Shown: piece by piece, positions 20,813 to 30,427 of the stretch | Numbering within the stretch: position 1 is the first letter of the stretch | Layout: each line of letters opens with the position of its first letter | NCBI GenBank assembly: GCA_946803585.1 | Contig: CAMPEQ010000008.1 | Location: forward strand, 284,053 to 348,052 | Reading direction: 5' to 3' | DNA: 64,000 nt | Source: an uncultured Actinomycetes bacterium | GTDB lineage: Bacteria; Actinomycetota; Actinomycetes; S36-B12; UBA10799 | The notes under the pieces: generated by a model | Told to the model about the DNA's origin: nothing | The model's input: only the letters and a program-made list of their open reading frames with translations | Database searches by the model: none | Made by a program: the position numbers and the translations under genes

Positions 20813-21520
20813 CTACGACACCGACGGGTCGTAGTTTGTCGGCCCCACACCGGACCCCGAGGTGGCCTGCAAGCGGCCATCGGCAAGGACGTAAGGAAGC
20901 GCAGACATGGCCGAGACATCGTCTCGATCATGAGTGACGACGACAACCGGGCCGGTGAATCCGACAAGAGAGTCCACAAGCGCCTGGCGCACCGCGGGGC
21001 GAGCCGAACTATCAAGTGCTGCAAACGGTTCATCAAGGAGTAATACGTCAGGTGCAACGGCGATTGCACGTGCAATGGCAACGCGCTGGCGCTGACCACC
21101 GGAAAGGGTGCGGGCCGATTGCCTCGCCAGGTCGCTGAGTCCGAAGGTCTCCATCAGCATCCCAAGCCTGCTGACTGTCGCTGAATCGCGTCGCTGCCCG
21201 CGTTTCAGGCCGACCGCGACGTTCTGCTCGACGGTCAGCCAATCAAAGATCCGATAGTCCTGAAAGACCAACCCCACAGGACGATGTTGGGGCCGCAGAA
21301 AGACATCCTCTCGGGGGGAATCCCACGTGCGCTCGCCACAGCGGATGGAGCCGCTCTCGATCGAGATGAGACCGGCAAGAACGGCCAACAAAGTGGACTT
21401 CCCTGAGCCGTTCGCGCCAGTGATCGCCACGGGCTGGCCCGCAGGAGCAACCAAATCGATGTTCAGATTGCACTGCGCTCGCCGGGCAAGAAAGGACATC
21501 TCTAGTTGTGACTTACTCAC
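20813..21520 (-). CDS. modC: Molybdate ABC transporter ATPase (no TOBE domain)
   Basis: GANGSGKST, LSGGQRQR, LLDEPF. Confidence 0.88.
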   Translation of the reverse strand: MSKSQLEMSFLARRAQCNLNIDLVAPAGQPVAITGANGSGKSTLLAVLAGLISIESGSIRCGERTWDSPREDVFLRPQHRPVGLVFQDYRIFDWLTVEQNVAVGLKRGQRRDSATVSRLGMLMETFGLSDLARQSARTLSGGQRQRVAIARAIAVAPDVLLLDEPFAALDSSARPAVRQALVDSLVGFTGPVVVVTHDRDDVSAMSALPYVLADGRLQATSGSGVGPTNYDPSVS

Positions 21521-22370
21521 GGGCTATCACCTGACCTGCCCAGTTCCCTCGCAGCACCCACAGCACGAGCACACAGATCGCGATGAGAATCATGCTGAGC
21601 GCTACTGATTCGCCTGGATCACGGGCAAGTGTGTAGTAAATATCGGTCGGCAAGGTTTGAGTAACCCCCGGCAAGCTACCTGCGAAAGTGATCGTCGCGC
21701 CGAACTCCCCCAGCGCACGCGCCCAACAGAGAACGGCTCCTGCAACTATCGCCGGGCGAATCATCGGCAGCGTAATTCTCATGATGATCCGCGCTTCTGA
21801 GAGTCCGAGCACTGCACCGGCCTCCTCGAGATCGCGACCCCGCGTCCGCAGGGCACCCTCGACCGTGATGACCAGGAACGGGAGCGAAACGAAGAGTTGA
21901 GCCATCACGACCGCCACCCAGGTAAACGGGATCGTAACCGATCCGATCTCAAACAAGGGGCGCCCAACTAGGCCACCGCGTCCGAATGCGGCGAGTAGCG
22001 CCACACCACCCACCACGGGCGGTAGAACAAGCGGGAGTATGACCAGCGATCGGGCGAGAGCACGGCCCCGAAACTGCGCCCTCGCGAGGACGAAGGCCAA
22101 TGGAATTCCAATAACGAGCGCAACCGCAGTTGTCAGAGTTGATGTCCAAAGGGACAGCCAGATCGCCTGCCGGGTTGACTCATTTGCCAACACCTCGGGC
22201 ATCGTCGACCACGGCGCCTTGGTCAGGACTCCGATGATCGGGATAGCCAAAAACAACAGCCCCAGGACTGCAGCGCCTTTGATCGCAAGTGGGGTTGTTC
22301 GCGAGGTGAGGCGCTGACGTTCAATGCTAGATCGCGCAACGGTCGCAGTTTCACTACCCATCGCTGCCAC
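21513..22370 (-). CDS. modB: Molybdate ABC transporter permease
   Basis: LPLVLPPVVGG, ARALGEFGATITFAG; start uncertain (22361-22427). Confidence 0.92.
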   Translation of the reverse strand: MAAMGSETATVARSSIERQRLTSRTTPLAIKGAAVLGLLFLAIPIIGVLTKAPWSTMPEVLANESTRQAIWLSLWTSTLTTAVALVIGIPLAFVLARAQFRGRALARSLVILPLVLPPVVGGVALLAAFGRGGLVGRPLFEIGSVTIPFTWVAVVMAQLFVSLPFLVITVEGALRTRGRDLEEAGAVLGLSEARIIMRITLPMIRPAIVAGAVLCWARALGEFGATITFAGSLPGVTQTLPTDIYYTLARDPGESVALSMILIAICVLVLWVLRGNWAGQVIARE

Positions 22371-22371
22371 C

Positions 22372-23160
22372 TCAGCCCTGCGACCGCGGGAGAAAGCCGC
22401 TCTGCACGAGAATGGACTGACCGACATCGGATAAGACGAACTCTACGAATCTGGCGGCGAGCTCGGGCAGCGTCGTATCCGCTAGCGAGGTAATCGGATA
22501 CGACGTCGTGGTGTTCAGCTCTGGCGGGATCGGAATGTCGGACACCCCGCCGCCGCTGGTCACCACGTCGCTGGCATAGACGAACCCGGCATCCACTTGA
22601 TCTGTTCGCACTTTGGTCAGGACTGCCGAGACATCCGGTTCATAGGTCGCCGGCACGAGTTCTATCCCCGCTCGATCCATGACCGTTGCGGCCCCCTCAC
22701 CGCAGGGAACCTCCGGCTGGCACATCGCGACAGCAACTCCATCAGCGCTCAGATCAGCCAGATCCTCGATTCCTGCCCGGTTTTGCTGGGGTAGCGCAAC
22801 CGCCATTCGATTGGCAGCAAAGACCAACGGAGACGACGCGGCTAACCCGGAATCGGCGACGAAATCCATCGTAGTTTGGTTCGCCGAGGCGAATACGTCG
22901 ATTGGTGATCCAGCAACGATTCCCGCCGCCAAGGTGGAACTACCGCCATAGGTCATCGCCACCTCAACGTCGGGATTTGCCCGCTCGAAGTCTGCTGCCA
23001 GCAGATCAAACGGCACATTGAGCGATGCCGCTGCCGCGACAACGAGTTCGCGCTGTGGCACTGAGTCTTCCGCGGCACACCCAACGAGCGTCGGGCCAGA
23101 AACGATGGTCCCCAAGGTCGCTAGTCCAACACTCCAGATGCGGGGACTCAACGCCAACAT
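22372..23160 (-). CDS. modA: Molybdate-binding lipoprotein
   Basis: LVGC lipobox, AAASL, GGSSTLA, FASAN, VPCG, GFVYASD. Confidence 0.92.
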   Translation of the reverse strand: MLALSPRIWSVGLATLGTIVSGPTLVGCAAEDSVPQRELVVAAAASLNVPFDLLAADFERANPDVEVAMTYGGSSTLAAGIVAGSPIDVFASANQTTMDFVADSGLAASSPLVFAANRMAVALPQQNRAGIEDLADLSADGVAVAMCQPEVPCGEGAATVMDRAGIELVPATYEPDVSAVLTKVRTDQVDAGFVYASDVVTSGGGVSDIPIPPELNTTTSYPITSLADTTLPELAARFVEFVLSDVGQSILVQSGFLPRSQG

Positions 23161-23162
23161 CC

Positions 23163-23561
23163 CTATGTGAGTAGGTCGATCGAGATATTGGTGGACTTGA
23201 CCGAGACGGCCGCGATCGACCCGACTTCAAGCCCAAGTTCGTCTGCCGCCTCACGGCTTATCAGCGACACAAACCGGTGTGCGCCGACTTGGACATCGAC
23301 TTGTGCCATCACCTTGTCGAGCACAACTGCGGTAACTATGCCGGTCAGCCGGTTACGAACAGAATGTCCTGGAGAATCATCCGGCAGCGTGGACACTGCT
23401 GAAGCGCGCTCAACCATGACTTCGGCCAACTCAGAGCCATCGACGGTTTGTCGACCTCCATCGATCGCAGCGCTCAAACGGCCTTCCTCGATCCAACGTC
23501 GAACAGTGTCATCACTGACCCCCGCGAGGTCCGCAGCCTGCTTGATTCGAATCCGCGCCAT
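23163..23561 (-). CDS. Excisionase/MerR-type HTH plus TOBE molybdate-binding regulator
   Basis: AADLAGVSDDTVRRW then SVRNRLTG...VSLISREAADELGL...VKSTN. Confidence 0.85.
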   Translation of the reverse strand: MARIRIKQAADLAGVSDDTVRRWIEEGRLSAAIDGGRQTVDGSELAEVMVERASAVSTLPDDSPGHSVRNRLTGIVTAVVLDKVMAQVDVQVGAHRFVSLISREAADELGLEVGSIAAVSVKSTNISIDLLT

Positions 23562-23667
23562 ACCATCAATCTATCACCCGCTATCCTCAAACACGGATGC
23601 ATCAGATGATTCTCTCCGTAAATGCGTCGCCCAAGACGGATGTCACGCTACAAGACGGTTGCCACGG

Positions 23668-24444
23668 TTAGGCGTCGCCAGTCCGCCTGTCGACATCGGA
23701 GGCGCTGACTCGACGAACGGGCACCCTGTCGGCGCGGTTCAATCGCGCGACACACAGCCCCGGACTCGGGAAGACTTCCAGCTCTTTGAAGCTCACACCC
23801 TGGCCAGAGCTCCCCAACTCCTCAACCATGAGTTCGGCGTGAATATCGCAAATGACGGGATAATCCCGTACCAAGTCGCCATACGGGCAGTCGTTAATGA
23901 GCACGGCATCACCCAGCACGTTTGAGTTTGCCTGGAAACCTAACCGCCGCAGACTCTCCACGACAGCCGCCACAACCCCGTCCGGGGTTTCCGCATCAAC
24001 CACCGCCAGGGTCGGCTCACCCGTTATCTGCGCCCACTTGTGCGCAACGTTGCGGGCTAGGTTCTCATCATTTGCCGCTAGCAGCTGTTCGACAAGCTCG
24101 TCTGCAAGTCGCTGCTGGGCGCCAAGCCGCTCGGGTGCGAGCGCGTACCGCCACGGCGGGCGCCCCCTGCCTTCCCTCTCCCCTGCGAACCGAACGATGT
24201 GACCACCGGAGCGCAGTAGTTCTAGCTGCCCACGCACGGTATTTGCATGCAAATCGGTGATGGCGCAGATCTCGTCGACAGAGCACCCATCCGGGGTGTC
24301 AGTCAGCGTTTGCAGGACTTGGGACCGAGAGGTTCCGCCGCTCGGCCCGGCAGCCCCCGCGAGTGATTCAGCCCGATCACCAGTGGAGAGGCTCGCGAGT
24401 TTTGCCAGCGTTTGACCGATCCGGTCACTCGCTGATTTTGCCAT
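23668..24444 (-). CDS. Second HTH regulator with C-terminal Cys triad (ArnR/SufR-like)
   Basis: LHANTVRGQL, GRGRP, CP-x11-C-x31-C; start uncertain (ATG 24444 or GTG 24459). Confidence 0.8.
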   Translation of the reverse strand: MAKSASDRIGQTLAKLASLSTGDRAESLAGAAGPSGGTSRSQVLQTLTDTPDGCSVDEICAITDLHANTVRGQLELLRSGGHIVRFAGEREGRGRPPWRYALAPERLGAQQRLADELVEQLLAANDENLARNVAHKWAQITGEPTLAVVDAETPDGVVAAVVESLRRLGFQANSNVLGDAVLINDCPYGDLVRDYPVICDIHAELMVEELGSSGQGVSFKELEVFPSPGLCVARLNRADRVPVRRVSASDVDRRTGDA

Positions 24445-24539
24445 AGTTGTTTTTATCACACCAATGAATAAATAACATTATCTAATAGGTGAATGTGATA
24501 AATTGGGCCGAAGCCAGAATCGGTACGAAGGGCACAACG

Positions 24540-25961
24540 ATGGCGCTACCCGCGGAACACCCAACGAACGCTCGCGACGAAGCTGACGATCAGGCAGACA
24601 CCGCCGGACCAGCCGAACGCAGTGCGCGAATGCGCGTCCTCGTCATCTCGACCATCACTTTCACTTTGATGTTTGCGGTCTGGTTAATGTTCGGGATTCT
24701 CGGTATTCCGATCCGGGCCGAGTTCGACTTAACCGATGTGCAACTAGCTTGGCTGACAGCTGTCGCGGTGCTAAACGGATCGATCTGGCGCTTACCTGCC
24801 GGTATCGCCGCGGACCGCTGGGGTGGCCGCCGAGTCATGGCCGTGATGTTATTTGCCACCGCAGTCCCGTCGTTCCTGATTGCCTACGTTGGCAGTTACG
24901 GCATCCTGCTGTTCCTAGCCTTTCTCGTCGGCTTTGCAGGCAACTCCTTCTCCGTCGGCATCTCGTGGGTGAGCGCCTGGTGGCCGCAGAATCGTCAGGG
25001 CCTGGCATTAGGGATCTTTGGGGCAGGAAACGTCGGTGCCTCAGTTACCAAACTCATCGGACCGACGCTGATTGCCGTCGTTCCCGTCGCCGGCTACTTC
25101 GCCGGAATCGTCCCGGGTGGGTGGCGCTTCATCCCGTTCGCATACGGAATCGCGCTGGTGATCGCTGGCGTTGTCGTGCTAATTGGCACTCCTGCCAATG
25201 ACCGAGTTCCGGGTCGAGGCCGATCACTGCACTCCATGCTCATCCCGCTCAAACAAGTTCGGGTGTGGCGCCTAAGCCTCTACTACCTCGTCGTATTCGG
25301 TGGCTACGTCGCCTTGGCCGCATGGCTGCCGAAGTACTATGTCGACGTTTATGGCACGAGCGTCACCACTGCAGGCCTTCTCACTGCCCTCTTCATCTTT
25401 CCGGCATCGCTGCTGCGCCCACTCGGAGGTTGGCTATCTGACAGCTATGGTGCGCGGCGCGTTCTGTACTTCTCGTTCACCGTGATCCTGATCGCCAGCG
25501 GAATTCTACTCATGCCATACGGCTACATCGTGGTAGCCAACCCAGACGGCAGTACCAGCGAATACCTGCCGTGGCGCGTTGGCCTTGTGATGTTCACCGC
25601 TCTTATCGTGCTCATCGGCGTCGCGATGGGCGTCGGGAAGGCCGCAGTGTTCAAGCACATCCCGGAGTACTTCCCGCGCGACGTGGGAGCAGTCGGGGGC
25701 CTTGTTGGTTCACTCGGCGCCCTCGGCGGCTTCTTCCTCCCGCTCCTCTTTGCCTACATCGCGGCATGGACCGGCCATCCACAATCAACCTTCGGAGTGC
25801 TGTTTGTCGTCACTGCGATCACCGCACTTTGGATGCACTTCACGATTGTTCGAATGCTCCACCGCGCAAGCCCCGAGCTTGCGAAGCAAGTCGATGACGC
25901 AACTATCCATAATCCAGGCGAGTCCAGCAAGGAAACTACCGGAACAGGGGTTCAAAAATGA
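24540..25961 (+). CDS. narK: MFS nitrate/nitrite transporter (NarK1-like)
   Basis: GNSFSVG...QGLALGIFGAGNVG, SLLRPLGGWLSD, GALGGF; GAAGGG RBS before ATG 24540. Confidence 0.9.
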   Translation: MALPAEHPTNARDEADDQADTAGPAERSARMRVLVISTITFTLMFAVWLMFGILGIPIRAEFDLTDVQLAWLTAVAVLNGSIWRLPAGIAADRWGGRRVMAVMLFATAVPSFLIAYVGSYGILLFLAFLVGFAGNSFSVGISWVSAWWPQNRQGLALGIFGAGNVGASVTKLIGPTLIAVVPVAGYFAGIVPGGWRFIPFAYGIALVIAGVVVLIGTPANDRVPGRGRSLHSMLIPLKQVRVWRLSLYYLVVFGGYVALAAWLPKYYVDVYGTSVTTAGLLTALFIFPASLLRPLGGWLSDSYGARRVLYFSFTVILIASGILLMPYGYIVVANPDGSTSEYLPWRVGLVMFTALIVLIGVAMGVGKAAVFKHIPEYFPRDVGAVGGLVGSLGALGGFFLPLLFAYIAAWTGHPQSTFGVLFVVTAITALWMHFTIVRMLHRASPELAKQVDDATIHNPGESSKETTGTGVQK

Positions 25962-27310
25962 GCGATGTAAGCGCGACCGCGCCGAAGCCGAGTCGGGGTC
26001 GAGATTGGCTCCCCGAGTGGGACCCAGAAGACACTGCGAACTGGAACTCCAGCCTCGCTTGGCGAACCCTGTGGATCACTACCTTCAACCTAATTCTTGC
26101 CTTCATCGTTTGGTTTATGGTCTCGGCCATCGCATCCGAGCTAAACCAAATTGGATTTGACCTCTCACAAGCCCAGCTCTACTGGCTCGCAGCGATTCCC
26201 GGACTAAGCGGCGGAACTCTCCGTCTTATCTGGACGTTCCTGCCACCCCTAGTCGGTACCCGAAAGCTCGTTACGGTCTCGACAGGTTTACTCCTTCTTC
26301 CACTTGTCGGGTGGGCTCTCGCGCTCCAAGATCCCTCGACGCCGTACTGGTGGCTCCTTGTGTTGGCCGCGCTGACCGGTCTTGGTGGAGGCGCGTTCTC
26401 CGGCTTCATGCCGAGTACGTCGTACTTCTTTCCCAAGAGTAAGCAGGGAACCGCGCTCGGTCTGCAGGCGGGAATCGGTAACTTCGGCGTCAGCATTGTC
26501 CAGTTCGTCACCCCGTGGATCATCGGCTTTGGGCTGTTCGGGAGCATTGTTAGAACGTCCCAAGTCCGGACGACGCCTGCAGGAGTAACGAGTGATGTCT
26601 GGCTCCAGAACAGCGGTCTTCTGTGGATACCCTTCGTCATCGTCGGTGCCATCCTCGCTTGGATCTACCTGCGTAGTGTGCCCGTCCAGGCCCGTGGAAT
26701 CCGCGAGCAGTTCGACATCTTCAGCAACAAGCACACGTGGATCATGACGTTGCTCTACGTCATCACGTTCGGAACGTTCTCCGGCTTCGCCGCATCCTGG
26801 GCGCTGCTCATCACCAACACTTACGGCGCCTCTGTGTTCGGCGCCGCCGGAATCGATGCGTTGAAATACGCCTTCCTCGGAGCGCTCGTTGGATCCATTG
26901 CGCGAATCGTCGCCGGTCCCCCAGCAGACAAACTCGGTGGTGGCATCATCACAGTGATCTCTGCCCTGGGAATCGCGGCCTTCTCCATCTTCGCCTCGTT
27001 CCAGTTGAACCCGGAGTCAGCGGATCAGTTCCCGATGTTCCTGTGGGCAATGCTCGCCGTGTTCTTCTTTGCCGGGGTGGGTAACGCCAGCACGTTCAAA
27101 CAGATGCCGATGATCTTCGATCGTCGTCAAGCTGGCGGCGTCATCGGCTGGACCTCAGCGATCGCCGCGTACGGACCCTTCTTCTTCGGAGTGATCCTGG
27201 CGTCGATATCACCGACCCTCTTCTTCCAGGTCTGGGCTGGGGTAGCGATCATCGGCGCGATCGTTGCGTGGTGGTACTACGCCCGCCCGGGCGCCGAGAT
27301 GCCCTCGTAG
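25958..27310 (+). CDS. narK: MFS nitrate/nitrite transporter (NarK2-like)
   Basis: WDPED..W, MPSTSYFFPK..QGTALGLQAGIGNFGVS, GNASTFKQ, SAIAAYG. Confidence 0.9.
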   Translation: MSDVSATAPKPSRGRDWLPEWDPEDTANWNSSLAWRTLWITTFNLILAFIVWFMVSAIASELNQIGFDLSQAQLYWLAAIPGLSGGTLRLIWTFLPPLVGTRKLVTVSTGLLLLPLVGWALALQDPSTPYWWLLVLAALTGLGGGAFSGFMPSTSYFFPKSKQGTALGLQAGIGNFGVSIVQFVTPWIIGFGLFGSIVRTSQVRTTPAGVTSDVWLQNSGLLWIPFVIVGAILAWIYLRSVPVQARGIREQFDIFSNKHTWIMTLLYVITFGTFSGFAASWALLITNTYGASVFGAAGIDALKYAFLGALVGSIARIVAGPPADKLGGGIITVISALGIAAFSIFASFQLNPESADQFPMFLWAMLAVFFFAGVGNASTFKQMPMIFDRRQAGGVIGWTSAIAAYGPFFFGVILASISPTLFFQVWAGVAIIGAIVAWWYYARPGAEMPS

Positions 27311-27315
27311 TCGGA

Positions 27316-28497
27316 CTACCCAGATCCGGCAGTTTCGAGCCCAGCCTTGAAACTGCCGGGGAGGTATCCGCACAGCGGGTCCTCGGCGAATAAGTCCCCC
27401 GACGCTGCATACGCTCGCGACCGTGATCCGCCGCAAATACTCGCGAACTCACACTCTCCGCAGCGCCCTTTCAAGAGAGTGACATCGCGGATTCCCGCGA
27501 ACAGTTCCGATTCACGATAGATCGATCGCAGCGTCGAGCTATTCACATTGCCAGCGCTGATCGGAAGAAAACCGCTGGGATGGACCTCGCCGGTATGGGA
27601 GATGAAGACGAATCCGTTCCCTGAGCTCACGTTCAACGGAGCTCGACGTACCCGCTGCGGTTCTACCAGCCCAAGATCGCGGGCTTGCTCTGTGAGGGAC
27701 AGATACAGCGAACCAAGGCCCAGTTCAGCTACTGGGTCGAGGCCTAACTTACTGAGGACATCCCGTTGGTAGGAGACCCGTTTGAAGTGGTGTCCTTCCG
27801 TCGTTCGTGTCGGGACGATCTGGCCCATGTCGTAGAGGAAGTTCATGATGTCCTCTACCTGCGCGGCACTCGGCGCATCTAAGTTCGTGCCCCTGCCCGT
27901 GGGAACGAGCATGAAGGCACTCCATGTCATTGCGCCGACGTTGCGTACCAGACTCGCGATCTCGGGCATTTCGTGCACATTCGCCAATGTCACCGTTGAG
28001 TTGATCTGTACCTTCAGGCCCATTTCTCGAGCAGCATTCCAGCCGTCCATTGTGCGCTGGAACGTACCGGGGATTCCCCGGAAGGCGTCGTGGACTTCCG
28101 CCGTCGACCCGTCGAGCGACAGCGACAACGCCGTCAGGCCCGCATCTCGCATTGCGGCCAGCGATACGGGATTGAGCGCTTGGGTTGCCGACGGGGAGAC
28201 CGCCATCGGCAACCCAATCGATTTTCCATACCGGACAAGATCTGCCAGGTCAGGTCGCTCAAATGGGTCCCCACCGGTGATGACGAAGATTGGCGGGGGC
28301 TTACCGAAAGCAACGATGTCGTCCATCAGCGCGAAGGCCGCTTCGGTTCCCAGTTCCTGCGGGTCACGATCTGGGATTGCCTCAGCCCGGCAGTGAACGC
28401 ACGCCAGTGCACACGCCCGCGTCGCTTCCCAGATAACCAGGAACGGTCGTTCGGTTCGATCCTGATGAACCACCCGTACTGAATGCCCAGCTCTCAT
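27316..28497 (-). CDS. Radical SAM/SPASM protein (TIGR04053-like, NirJ/AhbD-related)
   Basis: PFLVIWEATRACALACVHCRA, TGGDP, GRCGECEF..ICGGSRSRAY, DPLC; ATGA overlap with the upstream gene. Confidence 0.85.
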   Translation of the reverse strand: MRAGHSVRVVHQDRTERPFLVIWEATRACALACVHCRAEAIPDRDPQELGTEAAFALMDDIVAFGKPPPIFVITGGDPFERPDLADLVRYGKSIGLPMAVSPSATQALNPVSLAAMRDAGLTALSLSLDGSTAEVHDAFRGIPGTFQRTMDGWNAAREMGLKVQINSTVTLANVHEMPEIASLVRNVGAMTWSAFMLVPTGRGTNLDAPSAAQVEDIMNFLYDMGQIVPTRTTEGHHFKRVSYQRDVLSKLGLDPVAELGLGSLYLSLTEQARDLGLVEPQRVRRAPLNVSSGNGFVFISHTGEVHPSGFLPISAGNVNSSTLRSIYRESELFAGIRDVTLLKGRCGECEFASICGGSRSRAYAASGDLFAEDPLCGYLPGSFKAGLETAGSG

Positions 28498-29711
28498 GAG
28501 TACCCCTTTAGTATCGAGTTCCAGTACAACGTCGGCAGGCCGTACTTCTTGACTAGCCACATATCGCGCCTGGGCTTGGTCAAGTCGATGAGCGGGATGG
28601 AGGGCGTCGGCTCCATCGTGTAGTCGAACTCCGCGAGCAGCATGCGCTTACGCGACGTCGTGAGCGGGCAGCCGGCATAGCCGGAATACCGCGCCAGAAG
28701 GGCGCGACCGCGCTGCTGGTAACCAATATTGGCTACAACGACGGGAGCCTGCTTACGAATGGCCGCGCCCGTCTTACTATTAGGCGTATTGCCGACATCG
28801 CCGAGGGCGAAGATGTCGGGATAGCGAACGTGTTGCAGCGTGTACTTATCCACGTCCACATACCCACCCGGTGATGCTGGGTCGGCTAGCGGTGACGCCT
28901 TGAGCCAATCCGGTGCACTTTGAGGTGGGACCGTATGCAAGAGGTCGTAGGTCAGGGCTTCCTTCACATCCGCGGTATTGTCACGAATAATGACGCGTTG
29001 GTTCGCTCCGTCGAGTTCGACAGCTTCGCTGTTGAATCTAACTTCGATACCGTAATCATCGACAACCTCGGCGAGTGCTTCTGCGAAGACAGGCACGCCG
29101 AATAGCCCCGGTGTAGTCAATATCAACACCACTCGGATATCCGATAGAACCCCTTGAGATCGCCAGTAGTCGGCTGCGAGGTAGGCGATTTTCTGCGGCG
29201 CTCCAGCGCATTTGATCGGACCGCTTGGCATCGTGAAGACGGCGGTCCCCGACCGCAGATTCCTGATGTACTCCCAGGTCTTGGGCGCAAACTCCGCCAG
29301 GTAGTTCGACGAGACATGACCGTCACCGAGTGCCTCGAAGCTACCCGGCACCTTGTCCCAGTCCAGTTGAATACCTGGGGCCACCACCAGCGTCCTGTAG
29401 CCGATCAAGCGACCATCACCTAAGCCAACTGACTTGGCTTCTGGGTCAACCGACGCTGCCGTGGTCTGGTACCAGTGAACGCCCTTAGGGATGAGGGTCG
29501 CCTGGCGGCGCGCACTACGCTCGATCGTCGAGCACCCGCCCCCGACCAGCGTCCACAGTGGTTGGTAATAGTGAGTGACTGCCGGATCAATAATCGCGAT
29601 ATCGCGATGCCCGGCCCGCCGTAGCCGGGCGGCAACCGATATTCCGGCGTTCCCACCGCCGATGATGACGATGCTGTGTGAAGTGGAACGATCAGTGCTT
29701 GTTGTAGGCAT
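28494..29711 (-). CDS. Type II sulfide:quinone oxidoreductase-like flavoprotein
   Basis: GGGNAG FAD motif, HYYQPLWTLVGGG, IKCAGAPQK, GYAGCPL, LAEFDY. Confidence 0.85.
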   Translation of the reverse strand: MPTTSTDRSTSHSIVIIGGGNAGISVAARLRRAGHRDIAIIDPAVTHYYQPLWTLVGGGCSTIERSARRQATLIPKGVHWYQTTAASVDPEAKSVGLGDGRLIGYRTLVVAPGIQLDWDKVPGSFEALGDGHVSSNYLAEFAPKTWEYIRNLRSGTAVFTMPSGPIKCAGAPQKIAYLAADYWRSQGVLSDIRVVLILTTPGLFGVPVFAEALAEVVDDYGIEVRFNSEAVELDGANQRVIIRDNTADVKEALTYDLLHTVPPQSAPDWLKASPLADPASPGGYVDVDKYTLQHVRYPDIFALGDVGNTPNSKTGAAIRKQAPVVVANIGYQQRGRALLARYSGYAGCPLTTSRKRMLLAEFDYTMEPTPSIPLIDLTKPRRDMWLVKKYGLPTLYWNSILKGYS

Positions 29712-29954
29712 GTGTCAGGTCTCTCTGGCCACGCTGGTGACCGGTCGGTTGAAGGACAAGATGATTCGGGGCGTACATGAAGCCCGGACACATCGCGTCG
29801 TTAACCGACAACAGGGAATGACCAAAAAGGGAATAGCTCAGCGTAAGTCGCTGCGGAGTTCGAGACTTGGCCGAACCTGGAGTCACTCTTAGAGATAATC
29901 ACGGGAGGCCAACGGCCGACAAGGTCCGAACGTCCCGCAGAAAGGGGTCCTGAG

Positions 29955-30398
29955 TCAGCGATCCCCTGAGCGCTCCCACATTCCTGTCTTACCGCCAGCC
30001 TTAGCCAACACCCGCACATGCTCAATCGACGCGTCGGGGTCCTCTCCCTTGATCATGTCGATGATCGTCAACCCGGCGGCACACACCGCCGTTAGCGCTT
30101 CCATCTCAACCCCAGTGCGGTCGCGCGTCTTCACTCGAACCGCAATATCAATGCGGTTGGCTCCGAGCTCCAACTCCACGTCAACACCGCCGATAGCGAT
30201 TGGATGACACAGCGGAACTAGATCGGGCGTCTTCTTCACCGCCATTACCGCCGCGAGGCGAGCCGCGGCCAACACGTCGCCCTTTGGGACGCCATCCGCC
30301 GAAATCGCAGCAACCACCTCCTCTGTGGTCAATACCGCACCGGCCGCAGCCGCTGCTCGCACTGTTCGTTCCTTACCTGTTACATCCACCATGCGCAT
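29955..30398 (-). CDS. moaC: Cyclic pyranopterin monophosphate synthase
   Basis: MVDVTGK, KGDVL, PLCHP, TGVEMEAL, DMIK, KAGGKTG. Confidence 0.95.
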   Translation of the reverse strand: MRMVDVTGKERTVRAAAAAGAVLTTEEVVAAISADGVPKGDVLAAARLAAVMAVKKTPDLVPLCHPIAIGGVDVELELGANRIDIAVRVKTRDRTGVEMEALTAVCAAGLTIIDMIKGEDPDASIEHVRVLAKAGGKTGMWERSGDR

Positions 30399-30427
30399 GG
30401 TTAGCCATCGTATTGCGCTCGTAGAGA

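Noticed and set aside
23590-23645. ACGGATG direct repeats upstream of the HTH-TOBE gene as an operator
   Set aside because: Short and imperfect; cannot be distinguished from chance by eye.
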